Source of the DNA: Candidatus Binatia bacterium
GTDB lineage: Bacteria; Desulfobacterota; Binatia; Bin18
DNA: 64,000 nt
Assembly (NCBI GenBank): GCA_963666315.2
Contig: CAXXHG010000024.1
Location: 86,598 to 150,597, forward strand
Direction: 5' to 3'
Shown: positions 9,299-19,877 of the stretch, in pieces
Position numbering within the stretch: position 1 is the stretch's first letter
Layout of the letters: every line of letters begins with the position of its first letter
Position numbers and translations under genes: made by a program
The notes under the pieces: generated by a model
Databases searched by the model: none
Told to the model about the DNA's origin: nothing
Seen by the model: the letters and a program-made list of their open reading frames with translations, nothing else

Positions 9299-10429
9299 TC
9301 AGGGGGCCTTGAGGCCGAACACCTCTGCGGTGTGCTCTCCCAGCTTGGGTGCGGGTGACCGAAAATTCGGCCGTTTGCCGTCTATCGAAAAGGGTAAAGC
9401 CATGATCTCAAGGTCGGCTCCGGGCACAGGCCGCATGATGTCCAGAGCCTGCGTCTGAGGCTGGGCAAGGACTTCCGGAATGGTGAGTATGGGCGCGCAA
9501 GGAACGCCGGCTGCTTCAAGCCGTTCCATCCAGACTTCTTTTGTCTCTTGCAATATATGTGACTTGATCTGTTGAATCAGATGTTCGCGATGTTTCATCC
9601 GATTTGCATTCGTTTGGTAGCGGGGGTCTGTCGTCCATTCTTCACGGCCGAGCACCTTGGCCAACTTAAAAAAAAGACGACTATTCGCCACGCCCAGCAC
9701 TAAGGGACCGTTTTTGGTTTCAAATGCCCCAAAGGCGACCTGACGCGGACTTCCGGTTGCGTGTCGAGCCGGGGCTTTGCCCGTCTTTTTATATTGCACC
9801 AGAGCCGTGCTGATTAAGAAGACGGCCGTTTCAAACAGTGATGTCTGGATGACACAACCGCGTCCCGTCTTATCCCGTTTGCGCAGTGCGGCCAGCGCCG
9901 CAATGGCCGTCCACATGCCGGTTCCATAATCTACCACCGACGTGCCCATCCGGACGGGCGGACCGTCTTCCTGACCGGTCAGACTCATGAGCCCGCCAAA
10001 CGCCTGGAGCAAAATCTCATAGCCCGGTTTTTGCTTCAGTGGTCCTGTGTGTCCAAAGGCGGTCACAGCGCAATAGATGAGTTGGGGATTGCGCGACAGC
10101 AGAACGTCTGCTTCTAAGCCGACTTGTTCGGTCACGCCAGGTCGTAAGTTGTGTAAGAAAATGTCCGTCCCCTCGATGAGGGTCTACAGGCGTTCCATTT
10201 CTTCCGGATTTTTGAAATTCACCACAACCGAACGTTTGTTGCGATTCATATTGTGGAAGGGCAGGGCGGCATCGTCAACAAACGGAGGACCCCAGGCACG
10301 GGCGTCATCGCCGGTTTCCGGTCGTTCAACCTTAATGACATCCGCGCCCAGATCGGCCATGATGACCCCGGCTAAAGGACCGGCTAGATTGAGTCCGACC
10401 TCGACGACTTTCACTCCTGAGAGCGGCAT
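9299..10429 (-). pseudogene. CaiB/BaiF family (class III) CoA-transferase interrupted by an in-frame TAG
   Basis: MPLSGVKVVE...LAGP...DLGADVIKVE...NRNKRS...EEMERL*TLIEGTDIFLHNLRPG continues in the same frame into ORF 9299..10135. Stop at 10184-10186. Confidence 0.85.
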
Positions 10430-10509
10430 GTAGTGCTCCGTTTCATTCTATTTTTATAGGTGACTGTCATAGCTGGACTGCTCTTTTTTTGAAAAAACTA
10501 CGGGATAGT

Positions 10510-10806
10510 CTATTGCATCCAAAGATCCGGCTTGAAGAATAGGATTAAAGCGGCGCACACCCCGAGGAAGAGGAGGGCGCCCACAATGACCACGCCACAG
10601 CCCAAGGTTGTACCAGCTGTGCCAGCTGAATCTTGATTGTGAGTGAGCTGACCGTCTTCTGACACTTGTAAGGCAGCAAGGCTCGGCCTAGTTGGTTTAC
10701 CGGTCCGTAAATCATAGCCACAATAACGGCACACCACTGCCCGGCGCTTAATGGTCTCGGCGCAATACGGGCAGTTTTTTGTGCTGAAGGACAGGATGCT
10801 GGCCAT
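10510..10806 (-). CDS. Zinc-ribbon (CPYCAETIK...CRYCG) protein with C-terminal TM helix
   Basis: CxxC...CxxC motif followed by a hydrophobic C-terminal helix. Confidence 0.75.
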   Translation of the reverse strand: MASILSFSTKNCPYCAETIKRRAVVCRYCGYDLRTGKPTRPSLAALQVSEDGQLTHNQDSAGTAGTTLGCGVVIVGALLFLGVCAALILFFKPDLWMQ

Positions 10807-11039
10807 TGTTGTAAGGGTTTCTTTTATCTTGAATGCCGCGACAGTATCTTTTCCGCAATTCCCCCTTGCCCGCTGCGTTGGTAACATCACGCGTCACTTG
10901 CTATTTTAAGGAAACTGCCTGGGTTGAATAGAATGGCATATATGGGGGTGGCCGCGTACTGGGTACGGGCTTCTCCCCTCAAGGGAATATCCAAGGGAAT
11001 ATCAAAGGAAATATCAATGTGGAGGGGGATGACGTCACT

Positions 11040-12254
11040 ATGGAGCAATTATTAACAGACCACGATACACGCCACACGATAGACGGACTCATACACGATC
11101 GCAGATGGCAGGATACCTCTGCGGCTGCTCTCATCCTTGAACGAGAGGCTGACGATGTCATAGCGGCAGTGCTTGAGAGGCTGCACGGCCCCTAGGTGTT
11201 GGATCTGCTGGAATGGCTCCCGACGGACCGTGTGGCCACAGTTCGTGCTGCAACCACTCCTGACAAACTCGCACAATGGGAAGTCAACGCGCGCTATCCA
11301 GAACACAGCATAGGCCGTATTATGGAACTTCCCGTCGGCGTCATGAATGCCCATACCACCGTGGCCGAAGCTATTGAACAACTGCGTCACGCAGTCCGAA
11401 AAGCATTCATCACCTATTTGTATGTGACCGACGAGCAGGACAAGCTGATCGGTGTCGTGGTCATGCGTGAAATGCTCCTCGCAGACCACAAGCAAAAATT
11501 GGCAGACATTATGCTGGGTGATCCGTTCAGTTTTTCCCCTGATTTGTCTGTAAGCGATGCGATGAAGCTCGGCGTTGCGCGCCATTTCCCGGTCTATCCG
11601 GTGTGCGATGAACAGGGACGACTTATCGGCTTGATCCGGGGCGAGAATCTGTTCGAGCAGAACGTCTTTGAGATTATCGTCCAGGCCGGTAGCATGGTCG
11701 GCGTCGAGAAAGAGGAGCGTGCTTCAACTCCATGGCCGCGCTCGCTCAAGATGCGCCACCCTTGGCTCCAGCTCAATTTGCTGACCGCCTTTGTGGCTGG
11801 GGCCGTTGTCGGCATTTTCGAAGAGACTATTGACCAGGTTGTGGTGTTGGCCGTCTTTCTGCCCGTCCTCGCCGGACAGTCCGGCAATACCGGCTGCCAG
11901 GCGCTTGCCGTGACGCTGGGTGACTTGGCTGAGGATTCCCCCGGGGCGATGGTTTGGAAGGAGGCCTTTTTAGGCTTACTCAATGGCGCGATTGTTGGCC
12001 TGGTCGCAGGCGGGGTGATGTATTGGTACGCCTCTAATGCAGGAAACCCGGCTGCGTTGACTCTGAGTCTGGCGGTCTTGCTGGCCATGACTGGGAGCTG
12101 TATGGCCAGCGGAATATTTTGCACGCTCGTCCGCATCGTTCTGAAGAGAATGGGTGCTGACCCTGCCACCGCTTCCAGCATCTTCCTGACCACGACAACC
12201 GACGTGATCAGCATGGGACTCTTACTCGGTCTAGCGAGTCTGTTGGTGTTGTAA
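11040..12254 (+). pseudogene. mgtE: MgtE magnesium transporter with an in-frame TAG near the N-terminus
   Basis: CBS pair plus the MgtE membrane domain (RHPWLQLNL, AGQSGNTGCQ, GADPATASSIFLTT..D). The frame from ATG 11040 is open until TAG 11193-11195 and continues in frame. Confidence 0.8.
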
Positions 12255-12419
12255 CTGACTCGCTCTGAGAAGCGGTGTCTTACCACCAATGTTTTCTTGC
12301 GCGTTTCTTTGTGCACCTCAGTTTGGCCTTGGCGTCTGGCTCGATGCTGAAAACGATTGTCGCTGCGTGTGGCCCGCTTCCGATAGGGCCGTGGGGCTTG
12401 AAAGCAGCCGGTTCGGCTG

Positions 12420-12495
12420 GCCGACTATAAAAACGGCAGACTACTGCCCGGCGCTTGATAGTCTCAGCGCAATAAGGACAGGTCTTTAGATTCAG
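12420..12495 (-). pseudogene. Degenerate second copy of the zinc-ribbon gene N-terminus
   Basis: KTCPYCAETIKRRAVVCRFYS compared with KNCPYCAETIKRRAVVCRYCG at about 10718-10780. Confidence 0.6.
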
Positions 12496-13796
12496 TGAAA
12501 CGATTTTTCGCATTGCTTGTGTGTATGTCCTGTGTCTTGAATGCCGGGACGTTCGCGTTTGCGCAATTCCCCTCGTCTTTGTTTTCCCAGGAGACACTCA
12601 GTGGCGACTGGAGTGGTCTCCGTTCGACCTTGCAAGAGCGGGGACTCACGTTTGAGCTGGGTTATATTGGAGAAGTGTGGTCTAACCTGAGCGGCGGGCG
12701 CTCTCGAAAAACCGCCTACCTGGATAACGTCGACCTGCAATTGACCCTGGATGCTGAGACGGCATTCGGCTGGCAGGGGGCCAGTATCTTCGTGTATGGC
12801 CTCGGCAACCAGGGTGATGACCCGAGTAGTTTTGTCGGAGATTATCAAACCATTAGTAATATTGAGGCGCCGGCGACGTGGAAATTGTTTGAAGCCTGGT
12901 TCCAGCAAAACTTTTTCGATAATAGATATTCCCTCCTCGTTGGTCTGTACGACGTGAATGCCGAGTTTGACTATGCTGAGTCGGCGCAGCTGTTTCTGCA
13001 GAGTTCATTTGGGACAGGTCCTGATTTTTCACAGAGCGGTATGAATGGGCCATCGATTTTTCCCACCACATCTTTCGGCGTGCGTCTTGCTGCCCGTCCT
13101 CTTGCCCGACTGTATTTCCAAGCTGCTGTCCTTGATGGCATTGCGGGTGATCCGAACGATCCGCACGGCACCCAGATTATCTTTGGCAGCCATGACGGTC
13201 TGCTCGTTACAACCGAAGCCGCGTATCTGATTGGGACGGATGAGGAGGAATACGGACGAGGCATAGGACGGGGATATGAGGTCCCGTACCGCGGAAAGAT
13301 TACTGTGGGCGGGTGGTTTTACACGGAAAAATTCGATGGTATTCGGACGATTGCGGACCAGGGAAAGACATATAAACGGAGGGGTAATCACGGCGTCTAC
13401 GGCTTAGCCGAATATACAGTCTGGAACGAGCCGGAGCACCAAGATCAAGCCTTGACATTTTTTGTCCGCATTGGCTTCGCGGACTCAGCGGTAAACCAAA
13501 TCTCACTCTACACCGGTGGTGGGGCCGTCTATACTGGCCTACTGCCCGGGCGTGATGAGGATGAGGTTGGCTTTGGTATTGCGGCAGCGCACAATGGGCG
13601 CCGTTTTAAGCAGGCCCAACGTAGGCTGGGCAGTCCGGTCGAGAATTCGGAAATCGCTTTTGAATTGACCTACCGGGCACAGCTCACACCCTGGCTCGCG
13701 CTTCAGCCGATTTTGGCCTACGTGGTGAACCCGGGGACAGACCCCCACCTCCACGATGCCGTTGTCTTTGGCATGCGCTTTGAGATGGCTCTGTAG
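12495..13796 (+). CDS. OprB family carbohydrate-selective porin
   Basis: Signal peptide, LSGDWSGLRSTLQERG, ELTYRAQLTPWLALQP..YVVNPG and a C-terminal beta-strand. Confidence 0.9.
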   Translation: MKRFFALLVCMSCVLNAGTFAFAQFPSSLFSQETLSGDWSGLRSTLQERGLTFELGYIGEVWSNLSGGRSRKTAYLDNVDLQLTLDAETAFGWQGASIFVYGLGNQGDDPSSFVGDYQTISNIEAPATWKLFEAWFQQNFFDNRYSLLVGLYDVNAEFDYAESAQLFLQSSFGTGPDFSQSGMNGPSIFPTTSFGVRLAARPLARLYFQAAVLDGIAGDPNDPHGTQIIFGSHDGLLVTTEAAYLIGTDEEEYGRGIGRGYEVPYRGKITVGGWFYTEKFDGIRTIADQGKTYKRRGNHGVYGLAEYTVWNEPEHQDQALTFFVRIGFADSAVNQISLYTGGGAVYTGLLPGRDEDEVGFGIAAAHNGRRFKQAQRRLGSPVENSEIAFELTYRAQLTPWLALQPILAYVVNPGTDPHLHDAVVFGMRFEMAL

Positions 13797-13812
13797 TTGG
13801 ATTGCTTGCTCT

Positions 13813-14598
13813 TTAGCGTCCGCGGAAATTTGGTTTACGTTTGGCCAGAAACGCACTCACGCCTTCCCGAAAATCTTCGCTCATATAGGCGCGGACAATG
13901 AGATCCTCTCCCAGCATGTCCTCGCCGATCGATCGCCGATACTGTTGTAAGCGTCGGACGGCTTCCTTGGTGACTTGGAGGGTAATGGGTGCATGCTGAG
14001 AGATTTCCTGGGCGATGTGACGGACCTGGTCAGCAAGCTGGCTCGCTTCAAAAATATCATTGACCAAGCCGAGTTGCAGTGCTTGGTCCGCGTTCACCAA
14101 TCTCGCCCGAAACATCAGTTCTTTGGTTCTGGCTGGGCCTATGACGTCAACAATGCGGGCATGGATGGCAACCGTGAGGCAATTCCCCAAAGTGCGCGCA
14201 ATCGGAAATCCAATCTGGCTGTCTGGGCTGCAATAACGTAAATCACACACCAGGGCTAAGGCGGCGCCTGCGCCCACGGCAAAACCTTGAATGGCGGCGA
14301 TAGTGGGCTTCTTGACGGTTTCCAGCCGGCTGATGAGACGCTCCAGCTTTTGCTCATATCCGATGGCATCTTGAGCCGTTTTGAATGCGGTGAACTGGCT
14401 GATGTCGGTGCCTGAGACAAACGCCTTGTCACCGGCGCCGCGGAGGATCAGGACTTTGATCTGATCGTCTTGATCGACACTGTCACAGACGTCTTCTAGT
14501 GCTTGGTACATACCCCAGGTCAGGGCATTGCGCGCCTGAGGACGGTTAAAGGTCACAGTGGCGATTGATCCCTCGCGTTCAAAGAGCAGTTCACTCAT
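13813..14598 (-). CDS. Enoyl-CoA hydratase/isomerase family protein
   Basis: TFNRPQARNAL, AFVSGTDI, KPTIAAIQGFAVGAG and SEDFREGVSAFLAKRKP. Confidence 0.92.
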   Translation of the reverse strand: MSELLFEREGSIATVTFNRPQARNALTWGMYQALEDVCDSVDQDDQIKVLILRGAGDKAFVSGTDISQFTAFKTAQDAIGYEQKLERLISRLETVKKPTIAAIQGFAVGAGAALALVCDLRYCSPDSQIGFPIARTLGNCLTVAIHARIVDVIGPARTKELMFRARLVNADQALQLGLVNDIFEASQLADQVRHIAQEISQHAPITLQVTKEAVRRLQQYRRSIGEDMLGEDLIVRAYMSEDFREGVSAFLAKRKPNFRGR

Positions 14599-14628
14599 AG
14601 TTGGGTTCCGTGTACGGGTCGCCCGCCC

Positions 14629-16257
14629 CTATGAATCTGGTGACGAGGCGTGGAGCTGCAACTTTTCTCCTTCGCTTGTTGCCATGACCGTGGTCACGGC
14701 TAAGTCCCCGGTCACATTGACTGCCGTCCGAAACATGTCAAGGATCCGGTCAACACCGAGAATCAGGGCCAAGCCGATAGTCGGAATGCCAGTTGAAGTG
14801 AGAACCAGGGCGAGCGTAATCATGCCCGCACCGGGAACGCCCGCCGCGCCTATGGAGGCCATTGTGGCTGCCAGGACAATGCTGAGTTGGCTACCTAACG
14901 AAAGGTCGGTTTGAAAAACCTGAGCAATGAAAATCGCGGCAACACCTTGGTAGAGCGCTGTGCCATCCATATTGACCGTCGAACCGAGCGGCAGCACAAA
15001 ACTGGCGACGGGCTTGCTTACGCCAATATTTTTTTCTGCGCATTCCATGGAAACAGGCAGAGTTGCGGATGAAGACGACGTGGAAAACGCGATGAGTTGA
15101 GCCGGACGAGCCGCGCGCATGAATGCGCCCCATGGAATGCGTCCGATAAAGCGCACCAAACCGCCATACACAATGCCGGCATGGATGGCGAGGCCGAGCA
15201 GCACAGTGCCCGCGTATACCAGCAATGCGGTCAAGACGCTGACCCCGCTGGTGCCGATTACTTCTGCGACAAGAGCCGCCACGCCATACGGAGCCAGCTC
15301 CATCACCCATTGGATGATAACGATCATGGCATTCTGGATTTTTTCGAAAAGAGTGATGACAATCGCGCCCTCATCCGGTCCCAGCGCAGTAATAGCCACC
15401 CCAAGAATAATGGCAAAGAAAATAATCTGCAGCATATTGCCGCTGACGAGAGATTCGACCGGGTTGGTTGGGATAATCGATAATAATGTGTCTATTGTCG
15501 ACGGAGCGACTGCGGCGGCGGTCAGTCGATCTCCGGCTGCTGTACCGAATTGCGCCAGGAGGAGCGTACGATCGGCGGGATCAATAAATTGGCCGGGTTG
15601 AATCACGTATGCGCAGGCAAGGCCTATGGAGACGGCAATGGCTGTCGTGCCAAGGTAGAGGCCGAGGGTGCGACCGCCGAGGCGTCCGAGTTTGCGTATG
15701 TCGCCTAAGCCGGCGACGCCAACAAAGAGGGAGGCAAAGACCAGTGGGACGACGACCATTTTGATCAGCCGCATGAATAACTGACCCACTGGTCGCAGTA
15801 CGGTAATGACTTGATCGCCAATTTGGCTGATCGGGCGTGGCGAAGAGGCAAATCCACCACCTTCTAACGGGGTGGTGTTAATCTGCAACCAACCTTCGAC
15901 TTTGTTTCTTGGTGAGGCAACTCTGAGCCGCTGACTGAGTTGGCCGGACTGGTCAGCCAGGGCGAGTTTTCTACTAAAGGGAAACTGGACTTTGGCCCAA
16001 ACGGGAACCTCTGTCTCTTCCCCGATGAGATCCTGACGTGTCTCTCGGCGGGTTTCGAGCAGCATCATACGGATTGGAATACCCGCCGGGAGCTGAGTCC
16101 GAGAGGACTGATCGGCTGGGTCTTGCTGAAAGACGGCGCGCGCGGGGTCAGGAATCTTATACAGATCGTGGGTCAGGAAGAGAGAATTGGGTCCAAGAAA
16201 AATACCCAGTAGGGTACCGACTACCATCCCAATGAGAATCTTGGTGTAAATTTGCAT
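14629..16257 (-). CDS. Dicarboxylate/amino acid:cation symporter (DAACS, GltP-like) with a large insert after TM1
   Basis: AFSTSSSSATLP, LPLGSTVNMDGTA, SIGAAGVPG and DRILDMFRTAVNVTGD. Confidence 0.92.
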   Translation of the reverse strand: MQIYTKILIGMVVGTLLGIFLGPNSLFLTHDLYKIPDPARAVFQQDPADQSSRTQLPAGIPIRMMLLETRRETRQDLIGEETEVPVWAKVQFPFSRKLALADQSGQLSQRLRVASPRNKVEGWLQINTTPLEGGGFASSPRPISQIGDQVITVLRPVGQLFMRLIKMVVVPLVFASLFVGVAGLGDIRKLGRLGGRTLGLYLGTTAIAVSIGLACAYVIQPGQFIDPADRTLLLAQFGTAAGDRLTAAAVAPSTIDTLLSIIPTNPVESLVSGNMLQIIFFAIILGVAITALGPDEGAIVITLFEKIQNAMIVIIQWVMELAPYGVAALVAEVIGTSGVSVLTALLVYAGTVLLGLAIHAGIVYGGLVRFIGRIPWGAFMRAARPAQLIAFSTSSSSATLPVSMECAEKNIGVSKPVASFVLPLGSTVNMDGTALYQGVAAIFIAQVFQTDLSLGSQLSIVLAATMASIGAAGVPGAGMITLALVLTSTGIPTIGLALILGVDRILDMFRTAVNVTGDLAVTTVMATSEGEKLQLHASSPDS

Positions 16258-16330
16258 ATTTTGAGTAATGAGTCAGGCAAGAGCGCATCAGCCAGCCTGG
16301 CGCGTATCCGAGTTCTGGTCGGCGCAGACT

Positions 16331-17239
16331 CTAGGATTCGTTGGCGTCGTCCCACGTCCCGCGTACGGTTGTTTGCGTTTGCTGCTCTAAGGCTTTAATA
16401 GTCGCCAGCACGTCTTCTTGAGCAAACCCACTCGACTGATAGCCTTTGAGGAGTCCTTCTGCGGCCTTGGCAACCGTGAGGGGGACGTCCAGCTCTTTGG
16501 CTAGGTCGCTAGCCAGGCCCATATCCTTGCAGGCCAGGTCTATCGTAAACGTCGGAGCGAGGCGATCGCGCAAGATCGCCCGCGTCCCGGACTCCCACAC
16601 AAAGCTATTGCCGCTACTCGCTTTCACAATCTTCCACAATGCATTGGGGTCGACTCCGGCCTTCGCTCCGAGAATCAACGCTTCAGCACTGCCCATCATC
16701 TGAATAAAGGCCAACATATTGTTGACCAGCTTGGCCACATTGCCGGCGCCAATATCCCCAACATGAAAGACATTGTTGCCCATGCACTTGAGCACGGGCT
16801 CGCAGCTGTCATACACAGCTTTGTCCCCACCAACCATGATGGCCAAGGTTCCTTTTCGAGCGCCTCGCACCCCGCCGCTTACTGGTGCGTCAAGAAAGGC
16901 GACACCCTGGTTATTGGCCTTTTTGGCGAGCTCTTTCACCACAGTGGGAGCATTCGTACTCATGTCCACAATGGTTTTTCCGCTGGCGATGCCTGCCAAC
17001 ACGCCAGTGTCAGACAGGACGACGGCTTCGACATGCGCCGGCATGGGTAAGGACAGGAATACTGCTTCCGCGCCTTCTGCAGCTGCCTGCGGGCTGTCGG
17101 CCCAGGTTGCGCCGTCTTCTATCAGGTTTTCTGCAGCCTCACGCTTGATGTCGTGAACGTGTAAGGAATGGCCACCTTTTATGAGATTCAGTGCCATGGG
17201 ATTGCCCATATTGCCAACGCCAATAAAGCCGAATTTCAT
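16331..17239 (-). CDS. Beta-hydroxyacid dehydrogenase (3-hydroxyisobutyrate dehydrogenase/tartronate semialdehyde reductase family)
   Basis: GFIGVGNMG, FLDAPVSGG and AKLVNN motifs. Confidence 0.92.
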   Translation of the reverse strand: MKFGFIGVGNMGNPMALNLIKGGHSLHVHDIKREAAENLIEDGATWADSPQAAAEGAEAVFLSLPMPAHVEAVVLSDTGVLAGIASGKTIVDMSTNAPTVVKELAKKANNQGVAFLDAPVSGGVRGARKGTLAIMVGGDKAVYDSCEPVLKCMGNNVFHVGDIGAGNVAKLVNNMLAFIQMMGSAEALILGAKAGVDPNALWKIVKASSGNSFVWESGTRAILRDRLAPTFTIDLACKDMGLASDLAKELDVPLTVAKAAEGLLKGYQSSGFAQEDVLATIKALEQQTQTTVRGTWDDANES

Positions 17240-17802
17240 GCTGTCCTCCTTTGTTCGTGTGCAGCGACTGGTGTGAGGTCTATATGAATATGTAAGTCAT
17301 CTGCAATATGGTCCAGTCGTTCACGCAGGGTGGTCTCGTCAACGAGGCTCGGAACATCCAGTGTGATCCGCATATTATAGATCACTGTCCCGCTCCCAGG
17401 CTCGGGCTGGGCGGTGGTATGCATTTGAACGATATTAGCCCCGTGTTCGGCTAAGCAGCGGGCGACACGGGCTACGATGCCGGCTTTATCGACACCGGTC
17501 GCCAGCAGCTCATAGTGCAGCGTATCTTGACCGGCTCCGTAGCGCAGGGGCTCTTCTTCGAGTGGCCGAAAGAAGACAGTCAGGCGTTTCTCCCATTCGA
17601 GCCGCTTGCAGGCTGTGGACAGGCGCTGGTCGCTATCCAGACTCTGGCCTGACAGCAGCAGCAGAACGGCAAATTCTCCGCCGAGTATGGTCATGCTAGA
17701 GTCTTCGAGATTGCAGTCGCATTCGTAAATGAGCTCGGACAAGTCCGCCACAATGCCGGGCCGATCTCGACCGATTGCAGACAGCGCGAACCAGTGTTTC
17801 AT
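17236..17802 (-). CDS. GcvR-like double ACT domain protein
   Basis: SAIGRDRPGIVA...CNLEDSSM and ATGVDKAGIVA. Confidence 0.88.
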   Translation of the reverse strand: MKHWFALSAIGRDRPGIVADLSELIYECDCNLEDSSMTILGGEFAVLLLLSGQSLDSDQRLSTACKRLEWEKRLTVFFRPLEEEPLRYGAGQDTLHYELLATGVDKAGIVARVARCLAEHGANIVQMHTTAQPEPGSGTVIYNMRITLDVPSLVDETTLRERLDHIADDLHIHIDLTPVAAHEQRRTA

Positions 17803-17826
17803 CGGGATGCCTCGTTTGTCTATTCT

Positions 17827-18615
17827 CTAAGCGCGTTTGGCTTTCAGTGTTTCTACGAGCTGACGCAAGATGGGTCCGGACGAGCCACGCAGACTGACCG
17901 TACACAGCGGAGTCAACTCACTTTCGTATAAATTGACTTCGATGAGGCTGCCGCCTTTGTCGCGAACGGCCATGGGAAACGCTGCGGCCGGATACACGGT
18001 GGCTGATGTTCCGGCCACGATCATGCAGTCGCAAAATTGTGTTTCGCTATAACATTTCTCTATCGCGTCTTGTGGAATGGGTTCGCCAAAAGAAACAGTA
18101 TCGCTTTTGAGGATGCCTGTGCACTTGGGACATTCCGGTGGGAGCTTGTGCAGCGGCACTTCTGCACCTGGAAAACGAGAATTGCATTCGATACAGCGCA
18201 CGAGCGTATAATTGCCGTGGATTTCGATGAGATTCTGACTCCCAGCCCGACGGTGCAAGTTGTCGACATTCTGGGTAATCATGCTACGCAAGATGCCCAT
18301 ATTCTCCAAGTCAACAAATGCGCGATGCCCGTCATTCGGTTCTGCCGTTCCGATCGTTTGCCATATTTCTTTGCTTGGCCCTGACGGAGACAGGCGCTCT
18401 TCCCAGGCTTTCTTGGGATCTTGCAAAAAGATCTCGTAACCGTTCATGGGAGGTTCGCCGTATTTCGTCCACAGCCCACCCGGACCACGAAAGGGCGGGA
18501 TGCCGCTTTCAACCGAGATGCCAGCACCGGTCATGGCCATGACATAATTGGCCGAGAGCAGTAGCCGAGCGGCTTCTTCGATGGCTTCTTGTTGTCCTGT
18601 TTCTACTTCCGCCAT
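17827..18615 (-). CDS. cobB: Sir2-family NAD-dependent deacylase
   Basis: TGAGISVESGIPPFRG, ITQNVDNLH, EIHG, two CxxC motifs and AGTSATVYPAA. Start chosen at MAEVE with an RBS. Confidence 0.92.
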   Translation of the reverse strand: MAEVETGQQEAIEEAARLLLSANYVMAMTGAGISVESGIPPFRGPGGLWTKYGEPPMNGYEIFLQDPKKAWEERLSPSGPSKEIWQTIGTAEPNDGHRAFVDLENMGILRSMITQNVDNLHRRAGSQNLIEIHGNYTLVRCIECNSRFPGAEVPLHKLPPECPKCTGILKSDTVSFGEPIPQDAIEKCYSETQFCDCMIVAGTSATVYPAAAFPMAVRDKGGSLIEVNLYESELTPLCTVSLRGSSGPILRQLVETLKAKRA

Positions 18616-18681
18616 AGATATCCCTCTTTTTTTTGGGTCTATTCCCTCACTACTATCTTCTTCGCCACCAGTCCCCACTGG

Positions 18682-18732
18682 TCCCCTCGCCCTGTGGGAG
18701 AGGGTGCGGCCACAGAGTGGACGCGGGTGAAG
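18682..18732. repeat. CCCTCNCCC...GGGAGAGGG-type intergenic palindromic repeat
   Basis: TCCCCTCGCCCTGTGGGAGAGGG...GGGTGAAG, resembling a widespread short palindromic repeat class. Confidence 0.5.
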
Positions 18733-18789
18733 GTTCTTCCTTGTCTTAACAACCAAAGTCCGAGTAAATCACAAAGAGAACACGCCCAC

Positions 18790-19548
18790 TCATTTCCCCT
18801 GCCACTGCGGATCCCGTTTCTCGGCAAAGGCCAGCGCGCCTTCGCGTGCATCCTCAGTCTCTTGCAGCTCACTATACAGCTTACGCTCCAATTTAAGCCC
18901 TTCTTCGAGGGAGACATCCAAACCGCGTAAGGCAGCTTGTTTGATATGCTGAACGGCAAGCGGCGCGCTTTTGCAGATCTGTTGCGCAATCTCTTCACAC
19001 TTAGGCATCAGCTCGCTCATGGGAACGAGGTGATCGACCAGACCCAAACGGTAGGCTTCTTGGGCTGAAATGCGCGCACCTGTGTAGAGGAGTTCCAATG
19101 CCTGCCCGAGAGGAATAATGCGCGGCAGACGCTGGGTCCCGCCTGCGCCTGGCAGCCAGCCTAGACGCACTTCGCCAAAGCCGAACTGCGCGTGCTCGGC
19201 GGCAACACGAATGTCGCAGGCCAAGGCTTGTTCCAGGCCGCCGCCGTTGGCGTGGCCGTTAATGGCGGCGATGATGGGTTTGTATAAATCGAACAGAACA
19301 GGGAAGAGGTTGTTGCTCTCGTCTGCCGGACGATTGACATAATTGGCCTTGATATCACTGCCGGCGCTAAACGCTCGTTCGCCCGTTCCGGTCAGAATAC
19401 CGACCCGTAGGCTGGAATCATCTCGAAATTCCTTCCAGATGTCGGCCAGCATATTATAGGTTTCATAGTCACAGGCGTTGAGGCGTTCTGGGCGGTTCAT
19501 GGTAACATAGGCGATGTGGCCTTTTTTCTCAAAGAGGACTTTCGACAT
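18790..19548 (-). CDS. Enoyl-CoA hydratase/isomerase family protein
   Basis: MNRPERLNA, AFSAGSDI, NGHANGGGLE, EVRLGWLPGAGGTQRL. Confidence 0.93.
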   Translation of the reverse strand: MSKVLFEKKGHIAYVTMNRPERLNACDYETYNMLADIWKEFRDDSSLRVGILTGTGERAFSAGSDIKANYVNRPADESNNLFPVLFDLYKPIIAAINGHANGGGLEQALACDIRVAAEHAQFGFGEVRLGWLPGAGGTQRLPRIIPLGQALELLYTGARISAQEAYRLGLVDHLVPMSELMPKCEEIAQQICKSAPLAVQHIKQAALRGLDVSLEEGLKLERKLYSELQETEDAREGALAFAEKRDPQWQGK

Positions 19549-19649
19549 ACTTCTCCTCCCTTGGTAAGCAAAATAAACGGCTTGCTGCTCGCCGTCAGCT
19601 ATCAGGTGAGACCCGGAGAAGGCAAGGGTTCAGTTTGTTAAGGAGTCCC

Positions 19650-19680
19650 GTAGGTCAGATTAGCGCAGCGTAATCCGACA
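19650..19680 (+). repeat. GTAG-family REP-like element
   Basis: GTAG-GTCAGATTA-GCGCAGCG-TAATCCGAC-A imperfect hairpin. Confidence 0.65.
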
Positions 19681-19877
19681 CTTCCTGTGGTAGCGAGAAT
19701 CAAAGCTCGCCAGGAGCTCGTTTTTATACTCCATTTGGGTCTTTCAATCGACGAGTAACCTGTTCTTTTCAATATGTCACTTCTCAGATTTCAACTGCGG
19801 TGGCGACTAAGCAAGCTCGTCTTTCCTGAGCGACACTGGATCTTCGGACTTTGCTGAATGTGATTTGGATGTTGCCC

